This document shows, one piece after another, positions 41,044 through 50,216 of a stretch of DNA of 64,000 nt. This stretch comes from Clostridiales bacterium (GTDB lineage Bacteria > Patescibacteriota > Saccharimonadia > Saccharimonadales > Saccharimonadaceae). Location of the stretch: assembly GCA_963619335.1 (NCBI GenBank), contig CAVEVP010000002.1, positions 30,003-94,002 of the forward strand, in the 5' to 3' direction. The position numbers were made by a program, and so were the translations under genes. How positions within the stretch are numbered: position 1 is the stretch's first letter; each line of letters opens with the position of its first letter. The notes below the pieces were generated by a model. The model worked only from the letters and a program-made list of their open reading frames with translations. It was not told where the DNA came from and did not search any database.

Positions 41044-42432
41044 TTAGAGAAAAGTGGAAGGTTCGGACGGGTCGGTCCAAAAGTCGGTTGGGTCGGCTTT
41101 GGGGACGTCGGTTTCGAGTAAGTTTTCGGTTAAGAAATTAAAAGTGCGAGATTTGCCGGTGGCGAAATCTTTGACTTGTAATTTGCCGGTCTCAACTTCT
41201 TTTTCGCCGACAACAATGCCGTTGGCGGCGATTTTGGAGGCATAAGCTAACTTTTCGCCGAGTTTTTTGTCTAATAAAACGACGTCGGCGCTGTGATTTT
41301 TAGCGCGAAGCTCACTGGCGAGCTTGAAGGCGAACTCGATTTCTTGTTCAGAAAAGGGAATTAGGGCATATTCGGTGAGTTTTTGAGTAGCGGAATTTAA
41401 CAAACCGTTTTCGGTGAGGGTGAAAAAGAGGCGAGAAAGACCAATGGAGCCGCCGACGCCTGGGAAAGTTTTGTTTGAAAAGTGCTTGGTGAGGTTTTCA
41501 TAGCGACCACCACCACAGACTGAGCCGAGGTTTTTATGCTCGGGCAAAATGAATTCAAACACGGTGCCGGTGTAGTAATCGAGGCCGCGAATGATTTTGA
41601 GGTCGGCGGTAATTTCGTTTTTGAAGCCTATAGCTTCAAGTAGCCCTAAGGTTTGGTCGAGTTCAGAGACGCCGAGTTCAAAAGTGGCGTTTTTGATGTC
41701 GAGATTTTCGAGGGCCTTAATAATTTCGGAGCGCTCACCGTTTAAATTGATAAAATTTAAGATAACTTCGACTTGGATTTTGGCGAGTTTTAGGTCTTCG
41801 AGGGCAACTTTGGTCTGTTCGGGGGTGACTTTTTCGGCGTGGTCGATAATGTTGCTGATGGCGGGAGTTTGGTCTTTGAGATTTAGGGCTTCGAGCAGGC
41901 CGGCGAGGATTTTGCGGTTGGAAATGCGGGCTAGAACTGGCGTGCCGAGGTCGAAAACGCGGAAAGCTTCGAGCAGGGTGGCGATAACGTCAGCGTCGTA
42001 GGCGAGGGGGAGTTTGTCGCGGCCAATGACGTCGATATCGCATTGGTAAAATTCGCGAAAGCGGCCTTTTTGAGCGCGTTCGCCGCGGAAATTAACGCCG
42101 ATTTGTTGGACTTTGAAGGGAAAGTCTAACTCGTTTTCGTGTTCGATGACGTAGCGAGCCAGCGGAACGGTGTGGTCGAAACGGAGGGCTTGGGTGGCTT
42201 TAGTCGCGGTTTTGTCGCCGGTTTTTTTGACTTCGTAGATTTGTCTTTCGGTGTCGCCGCCGGCTTTAGCAAAAAGAATTTCGGTGCGTTCGATAAAAGG
42301 AGTTTCGACATTTTTGAAGCCGTGTTTGGAATAAGTTTCGGAAATTTTGGCTTTAAAATCGTCGAAAGTGGCCTGAATTTCTGGTAAAAACTCGTCGGCG
42401 CCAGAAATTGGGGAAGTATTTATCTTTTTCAT
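41044..42432 (-). CDS. hisS: Histidine--tRNA ligase
   Basis: LRFDHTVP, RGERAQKGRFREFYQCD, RGLDYYTG, GGGRY, GLSR. Confidence 0.96.
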   Translation of the reverse strand: MKKINTSPISGADEFLPEIQATFDDFKAKISETYSKHGFKNVETPFIERTEILFAKAGGDTERQIYEVKKTGDKTATKATQALRFDHTVPLARYVIEHENELDFPFKVQQIGVNFRGERAQKGRFREFYQCDIDVIGRDKLPLAYDADVIATLLEAFRVFDLGTPVLARISNRKILAGLLEALNLKDQTPAISNIIDHAEKVTPEQTKVALEDLKLAKIQVEVILNFINLNGERSEIIKALENLDIKNATFELGVSELDQTLGLLEAIGFKNEITADLKIIRGLDYYTGTVFEFILPEHKNLGSVCGGGRYENLTKHFSNKTFPGVGGSIGLSRLFFTLTENGLLNSATQKLTEYALIPFSEQEIEFAFKLASELRAKNHSADVVLLDKKLGEKLAYASKIAANGIVVGEKEVETGKLQVKDFATGKSRTFNFLTENLLETDVPKADPTDFWTDPSEPSTFL

Positions 42433-42471
42433 ACTTTTAATTATAGCACATATGTGATATAATGACATTAT

Positions 42472-42547
42472 GGTTCTGTAGCTCAGTTGGTAGAGCAGAG
42501 GCCTGAAGAGCCTTGTGTCGCTGGTTCAAGTCCAGCCGGAACCACCA
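42472..42547 (+). tRNA. tRNA-Phe(GAA)
   Basis: Cloverleaf, GAGGC-CTGAAGA-GCCTT anticodon arm, CCA. Confidence 0.93.
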
Positions 42548-42556
42548 ACCGTCGTT

Positions 42557-42633
42557 GGGTCGGTAGCTCAGCTGGTTAGAGCACGGGCCTTTTAAGCCCG
42601 GTGTCGAGGGTTCGAGCCCCTCCCGACTCACCA
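42557..42633 (+). tRNA. tRNA-Lys(TTT)
   Basis: Cloverleaf, CGGGC-CTTTTAA-GCCCG anticodon arm, CCA. Confidence 0.94.
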
Positions 42634-42683
42634 CTCATTGGTTCCAGTTAACAATTTCGAACTGGGAACCCCCGTTCTTCGAA

Positions 42684-42713
42684 TCGAGGGTTCGAGCCCC
42701 TCCCGACTCACCA
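42684..42713 (+). repeat. Exact 30-bp direct repeat of the tRNA-Lys 3' end (att-like)
   Basis: TCGAGGGTTCGAGCCCCTCCCGACTCACCA identical to 42604-42633. Confidence 0.9.
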
Positions 42714-42817
42714 AGCTTTCGAGCAAAAAACAAAACTTGTTTTGTTTTTTAGAGAAAGCGCAGGTGAGTGAAAATTTCGCGAAGCGAAATTTGTCCTCAC
42801 CATACTTTATGTTAAGA

Positions 42818-42894
42818 GGGCGGTTAGCTCAGTTGGCTAGAGCGCGTCTTTGACGTAGACGAGGTCAGAGGTTCGACTCCTCTATCGCCCACCA
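42818..42894 (+). tRNA. tRNA-Val(GAC)
   Basis: Cloverleaf, CGTCT-TTGACGT-AGACG anticodon arm, CCA. Confidence 0.93.
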
Positions 42895-42908
42895 CAAAAC
42901 TTGAAATT

Positions 42909-42941
42909 CTAAAAATCCCCCGCAAAGCGGAGGATTTTTGA
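42909..42941. terminator. Bidirectional terminator
   Basis: CTAAAAATCCCCCGC-AAA-GCGGAGGATTTTTGA between tRNA-Val and a convergent gene. Confidence 0.7.
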
Positions 42942-42955
42942 GATGAGCGCGAAAA

Positions 42956-43393
42956 CTATTTTTTCTTAGTGTTTTCGGAGATATTCTCGGTGTTGCGCCA
43001 AATCATGACGAACATCATGCCCGCTTCATAAATCAAGCGGATGATGATTGGCCCAAGAATGAGTGTAAGGAAGAAATCAACCACGCCAGCACTGCCTTGG
43101 CCCAAGAAGGCAAACGAGAATAAGATGATAAAAATAGTGGCGATATAGTAAAAACATTTTAAAATCGCTTCCAGCCACATGGTTTTGAAAGCGAGAAAGT
43201 CTTTCAACCACTTTAAGAATTTGCTTTTAGGCTCGGTTTTGCTTTTGACGAACAAGAAGTAGGTCAAAATGCCGCCAACCAGCGCCAAAATGCTGGCGAT
43301 AACGACCCAAGTTTCTGCTTCGCTAGAGATAGAGACGGTGGCAGAATTGGTGTTGAAGAGGCTAGAATCTAGCCCATAATAAGAATTATTCAT
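42956..43393 (-). CDS. Small membrane protein of unknown function
   Basis: 145 aa, three hydrophobic segments, AAGGAG RBS. Confidence 0.72.
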   Translation of the reverse strand: MNNSYYGLDSSLFNTNSATVSISSEAETWVVIASILALVGGILTYFLFVKSKTEPKSKFLKWLKDFLAFKTMWLEAILKCFYYIATIFIILFSFAFLGQGSAGVVDFFLTLILGPIIIRLIYEAGMMFVMIWRNTENISENTKKK

Positions 43394-43468
43394 TTATTCT
43401 CCTTTATTATATTAATTCTATTTTAGCATAAAAACGCCAAAATCAAGAAAATTCGGTATAATAGAGTT

Positions 43469-44641
43469 ATGAATAGGGTGCCACTAGCGGAGCGGATGCG
43501 GCCGCGGAAGTTGTCGGAAGTTTTGGGACAGGAAGCGATTATTGGCGAGGGGAAGATTTTGACGGAAATCGCGAAAAAAGGCGAGCCGGTGAATTTGATT
43601 TTTTGGGGGCCGCCGGGGACTGGAAAAACGACTTTGGCGCGAATTTTGGCGCAGGAATTTCAGGCGGATTTTATTGAAATTTCAGCGGTGACGGCGGGGA
43701 AAAAAGATGTGGAAGAAGTGGTGGCACGGGCGAAAGTGAATTGGAATTTGAAAACGCGGACGGTGCTTTTTGTGGACGAAATTCACCGGTTTAATAAGGC
43801 GCAACAAGACGCATTTTTGCCGCATGTGGAAAGCGGGTTGATTACGCTGATTGGGGCGACGACGGAAAATCCGTCGTTTGAAGTAATTTCGCCGTTGTTG
43901 TCGCGGTCGCGGGTGGTGGTGATTTCGGCGTTATCCAAAACGGCGATTTTAGAGGTTTTACGGCGGGCGGTAAAAGCGGAAAAGGCGACAAAACGAGTGT
44001 CGAAAAAGGCTTTAGATTTAATTGCGGAGCTTTCCGGCGGGGATGCGCGGAGTGCGCTCGGGGATCTCGAGTTGGCGCTGTCGCTGGCGGAAAAAGTGGA
44101 TGAAAAAGTGGTGCTTGAGGCGGCGGGGCGGAAAATGCCTGGGTATGACAAAAAGGGCGATAAACATTATGACACAATTTCGGCATTTATCAAGTCGATG
44201 CGAGGGTCGGACGTGGACGCGGCGCTGTATTATCTCGCGCGGATGGTCGAGGCGGGAGAGGATCCGAAGTTTATCGCGCGGCGGATGGTGATTTTTGCGA
44301 GCGAGGATATTGGTCTCGCGGGGAACGGGGCACTGAGTCTCGCGACGGCGTGTTTTCAAGCGGTGGAACGGGTCGGAATGCCGGAGTCGGGACTGATTTT
44401 GGCGCATACGGCGGTGGCGTTGTCGCTATCGAAAAAGTCGCGGCGGACGACGGATGCGTGGTTTAGGGCCTTGGAACTCGCGCGTAAGTCGCCAAACGAG
44501 CCGGTGCCGGTGTGGCTTAGGAACGCGCCGACGAAATTGATGGAAGATCTCGGGTATGGTAAGGGGCAAAAATGGGAGGCGGGATTTCATCTCGACAAAA
44601 ATTATCTACCGGATAGCATCAAAAATCAGAAAATTTGGTAG
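43469..44641 (+). CDS. rarA: Replication-associated recombination protein A
   Basis: PLAERMRP, WGPPGTGKTT, DEIHRFNKAQQD, ISAFIKSMRGSD, ASEDIG. Confidence 0.95.
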   Translation: MNRVPLAERMRPRKLSEVLGQEAIIGEGKILTEIAKKGEPVNLIFWGPPGTGKTTLARILAQEFQADFIEISAVTAGKKDVEEVVARAKVNWNLKTRTVLFVDEIHRFNKAQQDAFLPHVESGLITLIGATTENPSFEVISPLLSRSRVVVISALSKTAILEVLRRAVKAEKATKRVSKKALDLIAELSGGDARSALGDLELALSLAEKVDEKVVLEAAGRKMPGYDKKGDKHYDTISAFIKSMRGSDVDAALYYLARMVEAGEDPKFIARRMVIFASEDIGLAGNGALSLATACFQAVERVGMPESGLILAHTAVALSLSKKSRRTTDAWFRALELARKSPNEPVPVWLRNAPTKLMEDLGYGKGQKWEAGFHLDKNYLPDSIKNQKIW

Positions 44642-44659
44642 CGGCTACCCTCAGCCAGT

Positions 44660-44838
44660 GCGAATAAACTTCTACAGTATTTTTGACAGCTGGACTTGAA
44701 AAATAAAAATGTCATACGCTGGACAGCCGGCAGAACCGCCCCCCTACGGGGCGAACCTGTCGGTGTCGTCAGGAATATACATTTTTATTTTTTCAAATCT
44801 AAAATACGCTGCCAAAAATACTGTAGAAGTTTATTTGC
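44660..44838. repeat. Long imperfect palindrome (about 180 bp) between convergent genes
   Basis: GCGAATAAACTTCTACAGTATTTTTG ... CAAAAATACTGTAGAAGTTTATTTGC with nested AT-rich and GC-rich stems. Confidence 0.85.
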
Positions 44839-45592
44839 TTTCTAAACCGGCGTTGAAGTACATGAGGACGTAATTGTAATCCCAAGAGAGGTCGAAGCCG
44901 GAGGAAGTGTAAGAGTTAAACTTGAAATAGGGCATGCCGCTAGCGAGTTTGACGGTTTTTGCGGCGTTTTGTTGGATTTCGGAGAGGGTTTCGTCGTTTT
45001 TTACGCAATTTTCGAATTTGTCGCCGAGCCCGACGGATTTACCGACGTTAATCCAATAAGATTTGTCGATTTTGGCCATTTTGGAGACGCCGGATTTACC
45101 GCTGTCTTTGAAGAAGTCGTTCCAGACGCTGGTGACGGCTTTGTTGTAATAATCCCAGAACTTGCCTTCGTTTTTGGCGCAATAAGTGCCGAGGGCCGAA
45201 TAACGGGAGTTAATCGGGTTGGATTCGCCGTATTCATAGAGAAAGTCCGAAAGGCGAACTTCGAACAAGATGTCGTTTTCTTCGAGATATTTTTGGAAAT
45301 CTTCTTCGTGCTCGACGATAGCGTTTTCAAAAGCGATACAATAGGGGCAGACGAGGTCAGAATAGACGATAAAATAGTTTTCGGCGTCGAGATTACCGAT
45401 AGTCATTTGCTCGTCCCAGACTTTTTCGGCGTTGCTGGGTTTGTGGCTGGTGCTGGTGAAAATGGCAACGGCAAGAAGCGCGATAATGGCGATAATGCCG
45501 ATAATTTTGGCGATTTTGGCGATACGATTGCCACGATTGCCGTCGGCAATTTTGGTGGCGACGGCGTCAGGGGTTGTTTTTTGATTATTCAC
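44831..45592 (-). CDS. Membrane-anchored DsbA/thioredoxin-fold protein
   Basis: TM helix, YSDLVCPYC, later conserved Cys pair and GMP (cis-Pro-like) loop. Confidence 0.8.
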   Translation of the reverse strand: MNNQKTTPDAVATKIADGNRGNRIAKIAKIIGIIAIIALLAVAIFTSTSHKPSNAEKVWDEQMTIGNLDAENYFIVYSDLVCPYCIAFENAIVEHEEDFQKYLEENDILFEVRLSDFLYEYGESNPINSRYSALGTYCAKNEGKFWDYYNKAVTSVWNDFFKDSGKSGVSKMAKIDKSYWINVGKSVGLGDKFENCVKNDETLSEIQQNAAKTVKLASGMPYFKFNSYTSSGFDLSWDYNYVLMYFNAGLESK

Positions 45593-46217
45593 TGATTACT
45601 CCTTTACTCTTTCTCTCGCGGTGTTTAGCGAGATAGCGCTCATTTATTATTATAACATAGACTTCTTTGCCGAGGCGTTTTAAGGATAAAACAGCGATAA
45701 GGACGGCGAGAATGGTGAGGACAGAGGAAACGGCGCCGGCAATAGCGAGACCACCGGTGGAAAAAATGGCACCGATCAGGGGCGTGATGAGGGTGACGCC
45801 ACAGGTTGGGCAGCCAGCGCCAAGGGCGATAAGGCCGGTGATAATGCCGGCGCTACCGAGGTTATCGGCAATTTTGGACGCGCTCTTTTCGGCGCGTTTT
45901 TTGTGGGCTAAAAGAGTGATAGTGCCGATTAAAATGCCTTGTAAAACAGAGATGAGAAAGATTGGGAGCCAGTCCAAGAAGGCGTGGTTAAAGCCAAAAA
46001 TGGCGAGAAAACTGTCGCCGAGGATTTTGAGGCTGCCCGCGAGGCCGGCAGCGGCCATGAGTTCGAATTTTCCGGTGCCGCCGGAAAGTAAATTCATTAG
46101 CAGTCCAAAAAAGAGAAAACTGGGGACAAAACCGCACCAAAAGGGCTTTTCGCGGGTGGCGAGCAGAATGCCACGCCCCGCCAAAACGAACTCGTCGAGC
46201 CATTTTCTCCAATTCAT
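45585..46217 (-). CDS. Multi-pass membrane protein with CxxC
   Basis: About 4-5 TM segments, AGCPTCG; overlaps the start of the DsbA-like gene. Confidence 0.75.
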   Translation of the reverse strand: MNWRKWLDEFVLAGRGILLATREKPFWCGFVPSFLFFGLLMNLLSGGTGKFELMAAAGLAGSLKILGDSFLAIFGFNHAFLDWLPIFLISVLQGILIGTITLLAHKKRAEKSASKIADNLGSAGIITGLIALGAGCPTCGVTLITPLIGAIFSTGGLAIAGAVSSVLTILAVLIAVLSLKRLGKEVYVIIINERYLAKHRERKSKGVISE

Positions 46218-46524
46218 ATGAATATTGTAGCATAGTTTAGCGGTTAAAAAAGAAAAAACACAAACGTGAAAGCAAAAAACCGAACGACGCGGGAAATAAC
46301 AGGGGTGAAAGTCGAAAAAATGATTAAATAAAATGCGGTTTTGTCAAGTATAATTACAACATGAAAAATCGTAAAAAACAAGGTTGACACAAGAACCGCC
46401 TATGCTAAAATAGAATTAAGTTCGGGCTGGAGTTGAGAACAGCCGGAACGATGGGAAGGGTGAGAATAGAGCGGAAAAAGGAGGCCGCTTTATTTTTTGG
46501 CTTAAGTGTGATATAATTATAGGT

Positions 46525-47568
46525 ATGAAGCTGACGAAAAAGTTCGATCGAGCTATTATTCTGGTGATTTTTGCGGTTTTTTTGTTGCTTACGGGTTGTT
46601 TTGTCAAAATTAAGGCAAATAGTACGTATGCGGAAGAGGCGGCTGTGGCGGAAAGTGGCGTGTTTGAGACTTTGGGGGCGAAATATGTGACTTTTTATGA
46701 TGATGGCGAGAAGCTGACCGTGAAAACAGAGGCGAAAACGGTGCAAGAGGCTTTGGAACGGGCGGGGATTTTGGTCTCGGCGGGGGATATTGTCGAACCT
46801 GGGGTAGAGGCGGAAATCAACGCGGATAATTTTCATATCAATATTTATCGGGCGCGGCCGGTGGTGGTGCGAGATGGGGCGATTGAAAAATATCTGATGA
46901 CGGCGAGCTATGATATGCGGACGATTATGGGCGAGGCAGGGATTACGGTGTATGATGGGGACGAGGTAAAAATGGTGCCGAATATGAATTTCTTGGAGAA
47001 TGGGACGGCGAGCGTGTACGAGATTACGCGAAATGGCGGGCGGACATTGACGGTGGAGGAAGAAATTCCGTTTGTTGAGGAACAGGTGAAAGATTATAAT
47101 CTTGCAGTGGGAACTTCGGAAGTGCGACAGCTCGGCGAGGTGGGGCTGAAAAAGAGTTATTATAATGTATTATACGTGGACAACAGGGAAGTTTCGCGGG
47201 AACTAGTTGGGGAAGAAGTGGTGCGTGAGCCGGTGGCGCGAGTGGTGGCGGTGGGGGCGAAAACTGCGGTGCGACCAGAGTGGAGCGTGTGTGCGGCATG
47301 GGCGAGAGAGGCGGGGGTGAGCGAAGACGACCTCGCTGCGGCGTTAGATTTGATTTACCACGAGAGTGGTTGCCGAGTGAACGCGACGAATTCTTCATCT
47401 GGGGCGTATGGTATTCCGCAGGCTTTGCCTGGGAGTAAAATGGCGTCGGCGGGGGCGGATTGGGAAACTAACCCAATAACTCAAATTCGGTGGATGGCAG
47501 GTTATGTTAGTCGTTATGGGGGATGGCAGGGAGCAGTTAATTTTTGGTATGCGCATGGGTGGTACTAA
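46525..47568 (+). CDS. Rpf-like protein: DUF348 ubiquitin-like domain, G5 domain and lytic transglycosylase domain
   Basis: TV.EAL..AGI, G5-like 'EEIPF...GEVG...VGAK', 'ESG...NSSSGAYGIPQALP...NPITQIRW' SLT motif; upstream of rsmA. Confidence 0.85.
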   Translation: MKLTKKFDRAIILVIFAVFLLLTGCFVKIKANSTYAEEAAVAESGVFETLGAKYVTFYDDGEKLTVKTEAKTVQEALERAGILVSAGDIVEPGVEAEINADNFHINIYRARPVVVRDGAIEKYLMTASYDMRTIMGEAGITVYDGDEVKMVPNMNFLENGTASVYEITRNGGRTLTVEEEIPFVEEQVKDYNLAVGTSEVRQLGEVGLKKSYYNVLYVDNREVSRELVGEEVVREPVARVVAVGAKTAVRPEWSVCAAWAREAGVSEDDLAAALDLIYHESGCRVNATNSSSGAYGIPQALPGSKMASAGADWETNPITQIRWMAGYVSRYGGWQGAVNFWYAHGWY

Positions 47569-48427
47569 ACAAACGGGGGCGCGGCGAGAAAAAGCACCGA
47601 AGCTAAAAAACAATAAGGCTTTGGGGCAACATTGGCTGTATAATCGGGCGATTTTAGAGGAAATTGCGGAGCTGGCGGCGGACGGGGAGGATTTTGGCGC
47701 TGGTTCTGAGGCAGATTCGGGCGCGGTTTCTGGCGCGTCGAAAGTTGCCGAAAAAACAGGGGTAGAGAAAGTGAGAACGTGTGTAGAAATCGGGCCGGGA
47801 CTAGGGACGCTGACGGCGTCGCTACTGAGGCGGTTTGAGAGGGTGATTGCGGTGGAATATGATGCGAAATTGGCGAAAAATTTGCCGGGGTCGTTTCCTG
47901 GGAAGAATTTAGAAGTGGTAAATGCGGATTTTCTAGAGGTAGATTTGGAATTTGACGAAGATTATGTTATAGCAGGAAATATTCCGTACTATATTACAAG
48001 TCCGATTTTAGAGAAGGTTTTGACTGTGTCGAAACTGCCTAAAAGAGTGGTACTGCTAATGCAAAAAGAGGTGGCGGAGCGGATTTTGAGCGAAAAAGAG
48101 ACGGTTTCGTCGTTGTTTGTGAAAAATCGGGCGGAAATGAAAGCGGGGCCGGTGGTTTTAAGGGGGGAGTTTACGCCGCCACCGAAGGTGGATTCGCAGG
48201 TTTTAGTGCTAGAACCGCACGCGCCAGAGGTGGACGAGGCGGTTTTTGACTTAATTCGGGCGGCTTTTAAGGCGCCGCGGAAGAAAGTGGTACATAACTT
48301 AACAGGGGTCGCTTCGAAAGACGAGCTTTTGGCGATTTTTTCGGATTTAGAATTAAATCCAGATGCCCGTCCTGGAGATTTACACTTGAGAGATTATCAA
48401 AAATTGTATGAAAAATTGCGTGTTTAA
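47555..48427 (+). CDS. rsmA: 16S rRNA adenine dimethyltransferase
   Basis: KALGQHWL, EIGPGLG.LT, GNIPYYITSP, QKEVAER, FTPPPKVDS; start approximate. Confidence 0.93.
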   Translation: MGGTKQTGARREKAPKLKNNKALGQHWLYNRAILEEIAELAADGEDFGAGSEADSGAVSGASKVAEKTGVEKVRTCVEIGPGLGTLTASLLRRFERVIAVEYDAKLAKNLPGSFPGKNLEVVNADFLEVDLEFDEDYVIAGNIPYYITSPILEKVLTVSKLPKRVVLLMQKEVAERILSEKETVSSLFVKNRAEMKAGPVVLRGEFTPPPKVDSQVLVLEPHAPEVDEAVFDLIRAAFKAPRKKVVHNLTGVASKDELLAIFSDLELNPDARPGDLHLRDYQKLYEKLRV

Positions 48428-48512
48428 GGCAATCAAAATATCTTTTTTCGGACACACTCAAGGCCGTTCGGCCAAGCCTACGGTCCTCAAAAAGGTATTT
48501 TGATTACTTTAG
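48424..48512. repeat. Family A palindromic element, copy A3 (intergenic), with partial 3' duplication at 48525-48543
   Basis: TCGGACACACTCAAGGCCGTTCGGCCAAGCCTACGGTCCTC flanked by AATCAAAATATCTTTT / AAAAGGTATTTTGATT. Confidence 0.88.
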
Positions 48513-48569
48513 ATAGGTCTGTAATCCTCAAAAAGGTATTTTGGCAAACAAATGTGGTATAATCGAGAT

Positions 48570-49814
48570 ATGTTAGATGTGAAGTTTATTCGTGAGAACC
48601 TGGAGCTGGTTGAAAAATCGGCCAAGGAAAAGGGGTATCAAATCGACATTCGGGAGATTTTGCGACTGGATGATGAGCGAAAAGAGAAATTGCAAAAAGT
48701 TGAGGAACTGAGGCGGGAACGGAATGAGATTGCGGCGAAAATGAAGGGTGGGAAGCCGGCGGAAGAGTTGATCAAGCAGGGGAAAAAGGTGAAAGAGGAG
48801 TTAGCCGAACTTGAAAGCGAGCTTGACAAAATCGAGAAAGAGTGCTATAATGGTTTGAAGAGGGTCCCGAATGTAATTTTCGAGGACGTACCGCTTGGGG
48901 GCGAGGAATGCTCGGTTGAGGTGAAAAAGTGGGGTGAAAATCGAGAAACAGGGGTGGATCACCTTGATTATGCGGTAAATCGCGATTGGGTGGACTTTGA
49001 GCGCGGAGCGAAAGTGGCGGGGGCGAAGTTTTATTATCTGAAAGACGGGTTGGCGCTGCTTGAAAATGCTTTATTGCAATACGGGCTGAAAAAAGTATTG
49101 GAGCACGGCTTTACGTTTATGACTGTGCCGGATATGGTGTCGTCTAAGGTGCTCGAGGGGTGCGGGTTTAATCCGCGGTCGTCGGAGCAGTCGGATGAAT
49201 ATTATATCGAGGGCGAGGATCTTGCCATGATTGCGACGGCGGAGATGCCTCTGACTGGCTATCACATGGACGAAATTATCGACGAAGATAAGCTACCTCT
49301 GTTCTATGCGGGATATTCGGCGTGTTTTCGTAAAGAGGCGGGGACTTATGGGAAATATACGCGGGGGCTGTTCCGAGTGCATCAGTTTAATAAGCTGGAA
49401 ATGTATGCGTTTTGTTTGCCAGAGCAAAGCAAGGAAATTCACGAGAAGATTCTGGCGATTGAGGAAGAAATTTGGCAGGGACTAGGGGTGCCATACCATA
49501 TTATTAACATTGCGGCGGGCGACCTTGGGGCACCGGCAGCGAAAAAATATGATATGGAATATTGGTCTCCGGTAAATCAAAAGTATCAAGAAATTACTTC
49601 TTGTTCAAACTGCACGGATTTCCAGGCGCGGGCATGCAATGTGCGGGCGCGCCGGAAAGATGGAACGGTGGAATTTGTGCATACCTTGAACGGGACGGCG
49701 ATTCCACTAGCGCGGGCGCTGGTGGTGATGATTGAGAATTTTGCCACGCCAGATGGAAAATTAAAGGTACCAGAGGTGCTGCGACCGTATCTGGGCGGAA
49801 AAGAAGAAATTTAA
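48570..49814 (+). CDS. serS: Serine--tRNA ligase
   Basis: MLDVKFIREN coiled coil, ATAEMPL, FRKEAG..GLFRVHQFNKLE, EITSCSNC.DFQAR, HTLNGT. Confidence 0.97.
   Translation: MLDVKFIRENLELVEKSAKEKGYQIDIREILRLDDERKEKLQKVEELRRERNEIAAKMKGGKPAEELIKQGKKVKEELAELESELDKIEKECYNGLKRVPNVIFEDVPLGGEECSVEVKKWGENRETGVDHLDYAVNRDWVDFERGAKVAGAKFYYLKDGLALLENALLQYGLKKVLEHGFTFMTVPDMVSSKVLEGCGFNPRSSEQSDEYYIEGEDLAMIATAEMPLTGYHMDEIIDEDKLPLFYAGYSACFRKEAGTYGKYTRGLFRVHQFNKLEMYAFCLPEQSKEIHEKILAIEEEIWQGLGVPYHIINIAAGDLGAPAAKKYDMEYWSPVNQKYQEITSCSNCTDFQARACNVRARRKDGTVEFVHTLNGTAIPLARALVVMIENFATPDGKLKVPEVLRPYLGGKEEI
48823..48851 (+). promoter_or_regulatory. Consensus sigma70 promoter inside serS
   Basis: TTGACA-17 bp-TATAAT with extended -10 TG. 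Confidence 0.6.
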
Positions 49815-49823
49815 AGGAGGAAT

Positions 49824-50186
49824 ATGATTGAAAATATTAACACTAGCGGAAAAGATTATAAGATTGATACTGCGTTGAATAAATATGTCGAGAAACGGCT
49901 GGGGAAGTTGGATCGATATTTGCCACGGGGGTCGAAAAAAGATGTGATTTTGAAAGTGGTGGTGGCAAAAGAGAATAAGGGCAAAAATGACCGTTATGAG
50001 CTTACGGCGACGTTGGAAATTCCTGGCGGAAAAGTGATTACGGCGAAAGATGAATGTTCGAATATTTTTGCGGGGGTGGATTTGGTCGAAGCAAAGCTTG
50101 CGGGGCAAATTCGGCGATTTAAGCTAGAGGTGCAACCGCATCGGCAAAAACGAAGCCTGAAAAATCTCTTTATTCGGCGCAAATAA
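49824..50186 (+). CDS. hpf: Ribosome hibernation factor (RaiA/HPF, short form)
   Basis: YVEKRLGKLDRY...FAGVDLVEAKL..QIRR; upstream of secA. Confidence 0.85.
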   Translation: MIENINTSGKDYKIDTALNKYVEKRLGKLDRYLPRGSKKDVILKVVVAKENKGKNDRYELTATLEIPGGKVITAKDECSNIFAGVDLVEAKLAGQIRRFKLEVQPHRQKRSLKNLFIRRK

Positions 50187-50216
50187 TATGGTACAATAGG
50201 GGGAGATTGGAGTATT

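Noticed and set aside
42640..42713. Additional functional tRNA
   Set aside because: Only the 3' 30 nt match tRNA-Lys; no matching 5' acceptor strand or D-arm
46412..46498. c-di-AMP riboswitch or SRP RNA upstream of the rpf-like gene
   Set aside because: Their conserved sequence motifs are not visible and the region is too short
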